A DNA stretch of 64,000 bases from the human T2T-CHM13v2.0 reference genome, Homo sapiens: assembly GCF_009914755.1 (NCBI RefSeq), contig NC_060941.1, one strand, 5' to 3'. How positions within the stretch are numbered: position 1 is the first letter of the stretch; each line of letters starts with the position of its first letter. A program made the position numbers and the translations under genes. The notes under the pieces are model-generated. The model had not been told where the DNA came from. It was given only the letters and a program-made list of their open reading frames with translations, and searched no databases. Of the stretch, positions 52,380 through 64,000 are shown one piece after another.

Positions 52380-53984
52380 CCAGCACCATTTATTAAGTAG
52401 GAAAGCCTTTCCCCATTACTTGTTTTTGTTAGGTTTGTCAAAAATCAGATGATTGTAGATGTGTGGTCTTCATTTGTGAGATCTCTATTCTGTTCCATGG
52501 TCTATGTGTCTGTTTTTGTACTAGTACCATGCTGTTTTGGTTACTGTAGCCGTCTACTATAGTTTGAAGTCAGGTAGCATGATGCCTCCAGCTTTGTTCC
52601 TTTTGCTTAGGATTGCCTTGGCTATACGGGCTCTTTGTTGGTTCCATATGAATTTTAAAGTAGTTTTTTCTAATTCTTTGAAGAATGTCAGTGATAGTTT
52701 AATGGGAATGGGTTTGAATCTATAAATTACTTTGGGCAGTATGGCTATTTTCACAATGTTGATTCTTCCTATCCATGAGCATGGAATGTTTTTCCATTTG
52801 TTTGTGTCTTCTCTCATTTCCTTGAGCAGTGGTTTGTAGTTCTCCTTGAAGAGGTCCTTCACTCCTCTTGTTAGCGGTGTTCCTAGGTATTTTATTCTCT
52901 TTGTAGCAATTTTGAATGGGAGTTTATTCATGATTTGGCTCTCTGCTTGTCTGTTGTTAGTGTGTAGGACTGCTTGTGATTTTTGCACATTGATTTTATA
53001 TCCTGAGACCTTGCTGAAGTTGTTTATCAGCTTAAGAAGCTTTGGGGCTGAGATAATGGGATTTTCTAGATATAGGATCATGTCATTTGCACACAGACAG
53101 TTTGACTTCCTCTCTTCCTATTTGAATATGCTTTATTTCTTTCTCTTGCCTGATTGCCCTGGCCAGAGCTTCCAATACTATGTTGAATAGGAGTAGTGAG
53201 AGAGGGCATCCTTGTCTTGTGCCGGTTTTCAAGGAAAATGCTTCCAGCTCTTCCCCATTCATTATGATATTGGCCATGGGTTTGCATAAATGGTTCTTAC
53301 TATTTTGAGATATGTTCCATCAATAGCTAGTTTATCGAGAGTTTTCAACATGAAGGGATGTTGAATTTTATGGAAGGCCTTTTCTACGTCTATTGAAATG
53401 ATCATGTGGTTTTTGTCTTTCCTTCTCTTTGTGTGATGAATTACGTTTATGGATTTGTGTATGTTGAACCAGCCTTGCACCCCAGGGATGAAGCCAACTT
53501 GATCGTAGCTAAGTTTTTTGATGTGCTGCTGGATTGGTTTGCCAGTATTTTTTGAGGATTTTTCCGTCAATATGCATCAGGGATATTGGGCTGAAGTTTT
53601 CTTTTTTGTTGTATCCCTGCCAGGTTGTGGTATCAGAATGATGCTGGCCTCATAAAATGAGTTAGGGAGGAGTCCCTTCTTTTCAGTTGTTTGGAATAGT
53701 TTCAGAACAAACAGTACCAGCAACTCTTTATACCTCTGATAGAATTCAGCTATAAATCCGTCTGGTCCTGGGTTTTTTTTTTTTTGGTTGGTAGGCTATT
53801 TATTACTATAGGCTATTTATTACTGCCTCAATTTCAGAACTTGTTATCGGTCTATTCAGGGATTCAACATCTTCCTGGTTCAGTCTTGGGAGGGTGTATG
53901 TGTCCAGGAATTTATCCATTTTTTCTAGATTTTCTAGTTTATTTGCATAGAGGTCTTTATAGTATTCTCTAATGATTGTTTGTA

Positions 53985-54392
<408 letters not shown>

Positions 54393-57300
54393 TTATTAGT
54401 CCAGTTAGCAGTCCATCCATTTTATTAATTTTTTTCAAAAAAACAGCTCCTGGATTTGTTGATTTTTTTTGAAGGGTTTTTTGTGTCTCTGTCTCCCTCA
54501 GTTCTGCTGTAATCTTGGTTATTTCTTGTCTTCTGGTAGCTTTGGGGTTTCTTTGCTCTTGGTTCTCTAGTTCTTTTAGTTGTGATGTTAGGGTATCGAT
54601 TTGAGATCTTTCTAGCTTTCGATGTGGGCATTTAGTGCTGTAAATTTCCCTCCAAACACTGCTTTAGCTGTGTCCCAGAGATTCTGGTACATTGCCTGTT
54701 TGTTATCATTGGTTTCAAATAGCTTCTTGATTTCTGTCTTAATTTCTTTATTTACCCAGGAGTCATTCAGGAGCAGGTTGTTCAATTTCCATGTAGTTGT
54801 GTGGTTTGGAGTGAGTTTCTTAATCTTGAGTTCTAATTTGGTTGTGCTGTTTGTTATGATTTCAGCTCTTTTGCATTTCCTGAGGAGTGTTTGACTTCCA
54901 TTTATGTGATCAATTTTACAGTAAGTGCCAGGTGGTGCCAAGAAGAATGTATATTCTGTTGTTTTTGGGTGGAGAGTTCTGTAGCTATCTATCAGATCCA
55001 CTTTATCCAGAGCTGAGTTCCAGTCTTGAATATCTGTTAATTTTCTGTCTTGATTATCTGTCTAATATTGACATTGGGTGTTAAAGTCTCCCACTATTAT
55101 TGTGTAGGAGTCTAAGTCTCTTTGTAGGTCTCTAAGAACTTGTTTTATGAATCTGGGTGCTCCTGTATTGGGTGCATATATATTTAGTATAGTTAGCTCT
55201 TACTGTTGAATTGTCCCCTTTACTATTATGTAATGCCCTTCTTTGTCTTTTTTTAAATCTTTGTTGGTTTAAAGTCTGTTTTGTCAGAGACTAGGATTGC
55301 AACCCCTGCTTTTTTCTGCTTTCCATTTGCTTGGTAAGTTTCCCTCCATCCCTTTATTTTGAGCCTATGTGTGTCTTTGCATTTGAGATGGGTCTCTTGA
55401 ATACAGCATACCAAGGGGTCTTTACCCAGCTTGCCACTCTGTCTTTTAATTGGGCCATTTAGTCCATTTACATTTAAGGTTAATATTGCTGTGTGTGAAT
55501 TTGATCCTGTCATCATGATGCTAGCTGGTTATTTTGCAGGCTTGTTGATGTAGTTGCTTCATGGTACTATTAGTCTTTGTACTTCAGTGTGTTTTTATAG
55601 TGACTGGTAACATTTTTTTCCTTCCCATATTTAGTGCTTCCTTCAGGAGCTCTTGCAAGGCAGGCCTGGTGGTGACAAATTCCTGCAGCATTTGCTTGTC
55701 TGAAAAGGATTTTATTTCTCCTTCGCTTATGAAGCTTAGTTTGGCCACATATGAACTTCTGGATTGGAAATTCTTTTCTTTAAGAATGTTGAATATTGGT
55801 CCCGAATCTCTTTTGGTTTGTAGGATTTCTGCTGAGAAGTCCACGGTTAGTCTGATGGGTTTCCCTTTATAGGTGGCCTGGCCTTTCTCTCTGGCTGCCC
55901 TTAATGTATTTTACTTCATTTTGACCTTGGGGAATCTGATTATTATGTGTCTTTGGGTTGATCTTCTCATGGAGTATCTTACTGTGGTTCTCTGTATTTA
56001 CTGAATTTGAATGTTAGCTTGTCTTGTTAGGTTGGGGAAGTTCTCCTGGATGATATCCTGAAGTATGTTTTCCAACTTGGTTCCATTCTCCCTGTCTCAG
56101 GTACCCTAGTCAGTCATAGGTTTGGTCTTTTTACATAATCCCATAGTTCCTGGAGATTTTGTTCATTCCTTTTCATCTTCTTTTCTCTAATCTTTTCTGC
56201 CTGTCTTATTTCAGCAAGTTAGTCTTCAGGCTCTGAAATTCTTTCCTCCACTTTGTCTACTTGGTTGTTGATACTTGTAGTTACATTGTGAAGTTCTTGT
56301 TTTGTGCTTTTCAGCTCTATCAGGTCATTTATGGTCCTGTCTCAACTGGTTATTCTGGTTAACAGCTCCTGTAATGTTTTATCATGGTTCTCAGCTTCTT
56401 TGCATTGGGTTAGAACATGCTCCTTCAGCTCTGTGAAGTTATTACCCACCTTCTGAAGTCTACTTCTGTCAATTCATCCATCTCAGCCTCTGCCCAATTC
56501 TGTGCCCTTTGCTGGAGAGGTGTTGCAATCATTTGAAGGAGAAGAGCACTCTGGCTTTTTCAGTTTTCAGAATTTTTTCATTGATTCTTTCTCATCTTCG
56601 TGAGTTCGTCTAGCTTCAATCTTTGAGGCTGCTGACCTTTGGATGGGGTTTTTGTGGGGACATTTTTTGCTAATGCTGTTGTTGTTGCTTTCTGTTATTT
56701 GTTTTTCTTTTAACAGTCTCCTTCCATAGGGCTGCTGCAGTTTGCTGGGGGTCCATCCCATCCTGTTCACCTGGGTCCCTCCTACAACTGGAGGTGTCAC
56801 CAGTGGAGGCTGCAGAACAGCAAAGATGGCTGCCTGCTTCTTCCTCTAGGAGCTCCATCCCAGAGGGGCACTGACCCGATGTCAGCGGGAACCCTCCTGT
56901 ATAAGGTGTCTGGCGACCCCTGTTGGGGGTTCTCACCCAGTCAGGAGGCAGGGGATCAGGGACCTGGTTAACAAAGCACTCTGGCTGCCCCTTGGGCAGA
57001 GGGGGTGCACTGCACTGGGGGGAATCCCACTTGTCTGGACTACCCGGATTCCTCAGAGCCAGCAGCGGGAAAGACTAAGTCCGCTGATCAACCGAGACTG
57101 CGGCTGCAACTGCGGCTGCCTCTCCTTCTGGGGAGATCAGAGTTCTGTTCGTAAACCTCTGGCTGGAGTTACTGAAATTCCCACAGGGGAGCCCCAGCCA
57201 GTGAGGAGGGATGGGTCAGGGTCTGGTCTAAAAAGGCAGTCTGGCCACAATCTGCCACAGTTGCTGTGCTGCACTGTGGGGAATTCTTCCTGGGTCTAAA

Positions 57301-57444
57301 CCGCCCAGTCTCCCTGGCACCAGTAGGGGAAAAACAGCAGACTGGAGCTGCAGTGATGGCTGCTGCCCCTCTTCCCAGGAGCTCAGTCATCTTAGGTAGG
57401 AGGCAGCCACAGTCATGATGGCCACCCCTCCCCCTGGGAACTCG

Positions 57445-57512
57445 GTAGTCTTAGGCAGTTTCCAGCCAAGAGGCCGCCGTAGTCTTAGGCAGTTTCCAGC
57501 CAAGAGGCCGCC
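57445..57512. repeat. Perfect 34-bp tandem duplication in the L1 5'UTR
   Basis: gtagtcttaggcagtttccagccaagaggccgcc twice. Confidence 0.92.
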
Positions 57513-59009
57513 GAGAATCTGCACAGCTCTGTGCTTGGGACCCAAACCCTGGTGGTGTGTGTGGGCCCACGAGGGGGATCTCCTGATCTGTGGGTTGCAC
57601 AGATCCATGGAAAAACCGTGGATCGTGGATTCTTGGGCAGGGTAACACAATCACTCACTACCACCTCCCTTGGCTGGGGGTGGGAGCTCCCCTTGCCCTG
57701 TGTGGCTCCTGAGTGGGCCATGGCTCCACCCTGCTTTTTCCTTGCTCTCCATGGCTCACGCCAACTGCCTAGTCAGTCCCAATAAGAGAACCTGGATACC
57801 TCAGTTGCCAGTGCAGGATTCACTCACCATTTTCATTCTTCTGTGTGAGAGCCTCCAAACGCATATATTTCTCGTCAGCCATCTTGGCCCCTCCGGCCTG
57901 TTGTTGTTTTTTAGAGAGCCAAGATGTTAAACTTGTACCAGCACACCACTGGCCCCAACCCACCTCCAAAGTTTTAGTCTATTGAATTTACTTAATTCTT
58001 ACGAACTTTGCTGTGCCCTTGTGAATGTTTTTGTCTTTGGATAAACCATTGTTTTTTCGTCTTTACCTGACCAACTCAACTTGGTCGACAAGAGTATTCT
58101 CTAGCCCTCAAGTCTGGGTTAGATTTCTGTCTCCTTTCTCATAAAGCAAACCTCTTTTTCCAACAGGTAAAGTAAAATAAAGTAAATTAAGTAAAGATAA
58201 AAGACCAAATTTAGGTGAATGTGAAGTTGTTATCTGGAATGACTGGGAGTTGGGTAGGTATTGCAAGGACTTTTATTGAAGTCCTTGACCATTATTGAAG
58301 ATGCAGTCTTCTCAAGAGCTAATAGTTCAGTACCTATTTAATTGTTTCACAGTATCCTAAAATATTATAGAAAGCCTGATTGATCTCTTGCACCTATTCC
58401 CCTACCACAAATATAAAGCCTTTTCCACATTAAGAGTACAGTACTATATTCCTAGCAGACATAAACACTTCACCAATACTGAATCCATTCTTCAGAGCTT
58501 AGCTTATGTGTCTTTAAATACTATGTCCTCTCATTACATTTTTTCCCTAAAAGTAGGCAGTTTCTTGGCTTAAATAATTTCCCAGATAACATATACACTC
58601 ATATCATTGGTAACAATATTTTTAATGTAAGTAGTAGAAAAAAATGCCCTGAAGAATGAGGCCGATTATTTTCGTTCTGATATTTCATTGTTAATGTCTG
58701 CAGTGTCCTTCTGTGCTGAGGGTCTCCTGAATGTTCACTGCATGCTATTTTCCTATGACTTTTGTAGAGAACAGCAGGGCTTTAGCCTCTGTGCTTTCCT
58801 TTGTTTTATCTCTCCTATCATCATGTGGGCATTACAGAGCTGGGTGCTAAAAGTTTTTTTTTTTAATTTAAATATGAAAAAACCCTTAAAATATAGTTTC
58901 TACTCTCCAGAAATGTACAGTGTAGTAAAGGAGGCAAGGTACATCTACAAAAGAGTTAAGGAACAACATAAGATAGTAAATGATTAAGATTCCAAGTAAT
59001 TAGTTGCCT

Positions 59010-59150
59010 GTGAGACTACTTGTTAGCTATATAAGTGGGCAAGATGCCTAATCTGCACATTGGTTTGGTTTCCTCATCTGCATAATGAAGATAGTAATAT
59101 CAGTCCCGCTTAGAGTGTTCTGTTGATAATTGAATGAGTTACTGTATCTC
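59010..59150 (+). mobile_element. MIR fragment
   Basis: gggcaag..ggtttcctcatctgcataatgaagatagtaata. Confidence 0.7.
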
Positions 59151-60716
59151 ATTGTACAATTTAAAGGTTATAAGGTGATAAGTATGAATTTATTATGATT
59201 ACTAGTATTAAAGCTTATGATCTAATACAGAAGAAAGAATATCTTGCTTAAAATGTATATGAGCTTTTTCTGAGGTGATTTTTTTTTTACCAGTTATCAA
59301 AAAAATCACTTTGGCCTTTGAGTTGTTAGGCCCCTGGAGTTACTTTTCAATTCTTTATTTGTTTTCCATGTTCTTCCTTTGGAAAGATTTTCTGAGTTTC
59401 AGAAACTGTTTTCCAGATTTGCTACCACATACTATCCTTGGTTTTTTGTCCCCAAAGACCAGCCAAAATGTAGGAATATAATTTTCTCTGCTTTCTTTTT
59501 GTTAGCTGTCTTTCCAAAATGAGCATAGGTTGTCTATTTTTTAAGATTTTACAACTAATCACTAAAGGGGAAATAGAGTATAATAAATACGGGAACTTAT
59601 CTTCCAAAATCTCATAAGGTTTCCAAAGGGTTCTGTGATATTTCTGATTTCCTTTCTCAGGTGGAGCCCAAAAGCACATACCCTCATCTCTCTTTTAATT
59701 CTTAAGTTTATAAAATTTTCCCTCTTCCCACTTCTCTACCTTTTTCTAGTTTACTTAGATTTCTTCTTCCTTAGCCTTTTACTTTTTGTGACAACAAAGT
59801 CAGATTTTCTTTCTTAGAGAGAAATTTAGGTCATCCTTTATAATTCATCTTCTTCCCGTGTTATTAGAAAATCCAGAACTCCATTTAAATTTGCAGAGAG
59901 AGAACCTCACTAAAAACGATTGTGGAAATTACCTCATGAGCTTAGGTCTCTTCTTTTGGCAATAGGTACATTCAAAATATAAGAAGAGAAAATGAACTAA
60001 CATATAAAAACTCCTCTGGGATGATATCTTTTATTCTTGTTTTATAATTATTGCTAAAAAATTATAATCTAGATGTTAATGTTTTTAATCCTTTCATTTC
60101 TAGCATTAATTAAAATTTTTCTATTTGTGTATAATTAGTAGTAAGACTATATAAAATTCAAGAGACCTTTCAGTTTATTTTATTAAGGTACTTAAATCCA
60201 TAAAGTTAGAGCTACAGAGATCTGTACAAGTAGGGCCTGTTATTGCTTACTTATTTGGGCAGGTTCTGTCTCTTCTATTAGTTCCTGCTTAGGGACTGCT
60301 TATTTTATTCTAATTCTTTGTTACATATTAGAAGCAAGGAAATAAATTTAAATGAGGAAAAGAACAGAATAAAAAGAATATAGAGATCTTTTAGGGACCG
60401 CTGAGGCTCTCCAGCAGTCCTTGAAGATTATATAAATTCCCTTTTGATGAAATTCTGAAAATTTTACCACTAATAGACCTGAGCTGTAGTTTCTCTAGGA
60501 CTGATACATGAATTTTTTTAGTTTATTTAAATAGAGTTGTTGAAATATGTGAGAGATGACTGTATTTTGGTTTCAGTTATGTAAACTTCATGAAAGAAGT
60601 GAAATGATCATCAGTAACTTTTAAAAATAATGTTACTAAATATTCTTATTATCTAATCATGAATTTACGTAATCATAAACAGATTAATCTCTACTTTAGA
60701 TTTTCTTTTAAATTCA

Positions 60717-62000
60717 CTGTTTAAATTTTATAAATCAATGAAGTACAAGGCAGTTTTGTTACATGCATAAATTGCGTAGTGGTGAAGTCTGAGTTTTTTA
60801 GGATATTCATCACCCAAATAATGTACATTGAACCCACTAAGTAATTTCTCATCATCCACCTTTCCCCCACCTTGTAACCCTTCAGAGGCTCCATTGTCCG
60901 TCATTCCATTTTCTACTTCAATATGTGCACATTTTTTTTAGCACCCACCTGTGAGTGAGAACATGGAATATTTGTGTTTCTGCGTCTAACTTGTTTTGTT
61001 TAAGATTTCTAGTTCCATCCATGTTGCTGCAAAAGACATTTCATTCTCTTTATGGCTGAATAATATTCCATTGTGTGTATATACCACATTTCTTTATCCA
61101 TTCATCTGTTGATGGACATTTAGGTTGATTCCATATCTTTGCTATTGTAAATAGTGCTGTGGTAAACATGCAAGTGCAGATATCTTTTTGACATATGGAT
61201 TTCTTTTCCTTTGGGTAGTTACCCAGTGGTGGAATTGCTGGATTGAATGGTAGTTCTATTTTTAGTTCTTTGAGAAATCTCTGTATTTTCCTTAATGGTT
61301 GTTGTAATTTATATTCCCGTTAACGGTGTATATGAGCATTCTCTGCATCCTCACCGTCTGTTATTTTTTGATTTTTTAATAGTAGCCATTCTGACTGGTA
61401 TAAGACGGTGGTTTTAAGTTGCATTTCTCTGATGATTACTAATATTGAGATTTTTTTCATGTACATGGCCATTTGTATGTCTCCTTTTGGAAAATTTCTG
61501 TTTATGTCCTTTGCTTACTTTTTAATGGGATTATTTGTGAAGTTTTTGTTGAGTTGTTTGAGTTCCTTGTATATTCTTAATGTTAGTCCTGTCAGATGTA
61601 TAGTTTGCATATATTTTCTCCCATTCTGCAGGTTCTTTTCACTCTGCTGATTATTTCTTTGGCTGTGCAGAAGCTTTTTAGTTTTAGTTGCATTTGCCTA
61701 TTTTTGTTTTTGTTGCCTGTGCTTTTGAAGTCTTAGTCATAATTTCTTTACCTAAACCAATGTCCAGAAAAGTTTTCTGTAGGTTTTCTTGTAGTATTTT
61801 TAGTTTCTAGTCTTAGGATTAAGTCTTTAGTGTATCTTGAGTTGATTTTTGCATATGGTGAGAGATAGGGGTCCAGTTTCATTCCCCTGCATATGGCAAT
61901 CCAGTTTTTCTAGCACCATTTTTTGAAAATGGTGTCCTTTCCCCAATGTGTGTTTTTATCAACTTTGTCAAAGATTAATAACTGTATGTATGTGGCTTTA
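60717..62000 (-). mobile_element. 5'-truncated L1PB/L1MA-type element abutting the exon C acceptor
   Basis: 3'UTR cagttttgttacatgcat..gtagtggtgaagtc..catcacccaaataatgtacattg; TSD core ttaaattca at 60708-16 and 62001-09. Confidence 0.88.
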
Positions 62001-62029
62001 TTAAATTCATTTTACTCTTTTTTTTTCAG

Positions 62030-62293
62030 CTACATTAACAAGCTATTCTGAAAATGTGGAACGCACAAAATATGCTGGGGAAAGCAGTAAAGAATTAGGA
62101 TCTGGAGGAAACATAAAACCTTGGCAATCTCAAAAATCCAGCATGGACTCCTGTTTGTATCGAGTAGATGAAAACATGACTGCTTCCACCTATAGTCTGA
62201 ATAAGATCCCAGAGAGAAATTTGGAAACAGTGTTATCTCAATCAGTACAGTCTATTCCTTTGTATCTCATGCCACGGCCAAATTCAGTAGCAG
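62030..62293 (+). CDS. TANC2: TANC2 coding exon C (264 nt, phase 1 to 1)
   Basis: Acceptor tttttttttcag, donor CAG|gtaagt; (A)[26 protein letters not shown]...[13 protein letters not shown], in frame with exon B. Confidence 0.95.
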
Positions 62294-62301
62294 GTAAGTT
62301 T

Positions 62302-62330
62302 TTGTTGTTGTTGTTGTTGTTGCTGTTGTT
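62302..62330. repeat. (TTG)n microsatellite
   Basis: Directly visible just after the exon C donor. Confidence 0.85.
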
Positions 62331-62881
62331 AAATAATCATTTTACTCCAGTATATATTGAAATGAAAATAAATCCTGCTCTGACAGTATTTAAATTTTCC
62401 ATTCATCTTTTCTGACTAAGCTGTTCTTTTGTGTTTGGGTAATATACATGTATATATTATTTGAATCTGGGAGAAGGTTCATCTTCCTCGAGTGATTGCT
62501 TAGTTCTGCTCCCAAAATGTACAAAAACACATAGAAATTCAGAAACAGCCTATAAAATATATCATCAAACAACTAAAAGTCTTTTCTCTCAATGAGAAGT
62601 CTTTGAAAGAATTTTAGTTTGAGGTTTTAGTTCTTTTCTTAAAATCTTAGTTTTAAAAAACATTACTAAAATTGGCATATCTCAGTGTAATTTGTATTAT
62701 CAGAAATCATCATCCATAGTTTGTAAAAGTGGAAGGCAGACAAGAATTCAGCTTTTCCTCATCCCGTGAGTTTCAGTATTTTCACAATATCCTGGCTATC
62801 ATTTCATGGAAGAATCACCAGGTGGCTACATTTCTAAAGAATAATTCTGCAACACCACTAGCAAACTCGGTTAAAAAAAAT

Positions 62882-63438
<557 letters not shown>

Positions 63439-63920
63439 CTACTCTCCTCAAAATTGATGTCAAGGGGTATTTTTACTACAGCTAAATTGCTGTTTAATAA
63501 TTCAAACCTGGGACTTTTGAAGAATAGTTGAATGTTCTGACTTTTCAAAATATGTCATCATCTGGACTTTGTCCAGACTATAAAATCAAAGTTATGTTTG
63601 CTTCTCTTACTTTCCTCATGAAGACCTGGATAGATTATCTCACTGATAATTACTCCTTATGTAGCTGATAGTGTAATGCTTCTTGCCATTCCCAGTTCCC
63701 TTTCCTACGTGTTCTTTGTTCTCTGGGAGACCATCAGCATCTGTCATCAGGTGTGATTATAGGGGAAATGGCTCATCTGAAAGATAAGTAACTATGGAAG
63801 ATTTTAATATTAATTGTTAAAGATTATTCACTTTTATATAGTGACAGGAAATTTTTTATCCTAGGACCTTCTAACTATGTCAATCCCCAACTACCATGTC
63901 ATATTAGAATCCTAGAATGC

Positions 63921-64000
63921 TGTTGTTTTAGTCTATTCTTATACTGCTATAAAGAAATACCTGAAACTAAGTAATTTATAAAGAAAAGAGGTTGAATTGG
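63921..64000 (-). mobile_element. MaLR LTR (MST-like), cut by the window edge
   Basis: ttagtctattcttatactgctataaagaaatacctga..taatttataaagaaaagagg. Confidence 0.8.

Overview
Primate (most likely human) intronic DNA from the 5' half of TANC2, transcribed on the + strand. Three canonical coding exons are present (18210-18358, 24988-25174, 62030-62293) with compatible phases 1-0, 0-1 and 1-1, encoding [11 protein letters not shown]...[15 protein letters not shown]...PRPNSVA. The rest is mostly interspersed repeats: about 35 Alu/FLAM copies, a full-length antisense L1PA (about L1PA8-11) inserted in a MER63, several old L1M, L2 and MIR copies, MaLR/ERVL/MER21/MER41 LTRs, a MADE1 hairpin, and a sense-oriented processed pseudogene of DNAJB6 isoform b. 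The most interesting signals are in unique sequence just upstream of the first exon: two perfect GTAAGT donors (16433/4 and 17917/8), each in phase 1 and preceded by an in-frame ATG, suggesting alternative TANC2 exons or N-termini. No prokaryote-type system (operon, CRISPR) is present. Repeat subfamily names and matches to known sequences were recognised from memory, not from a search, and repeat boundaries are approximate.
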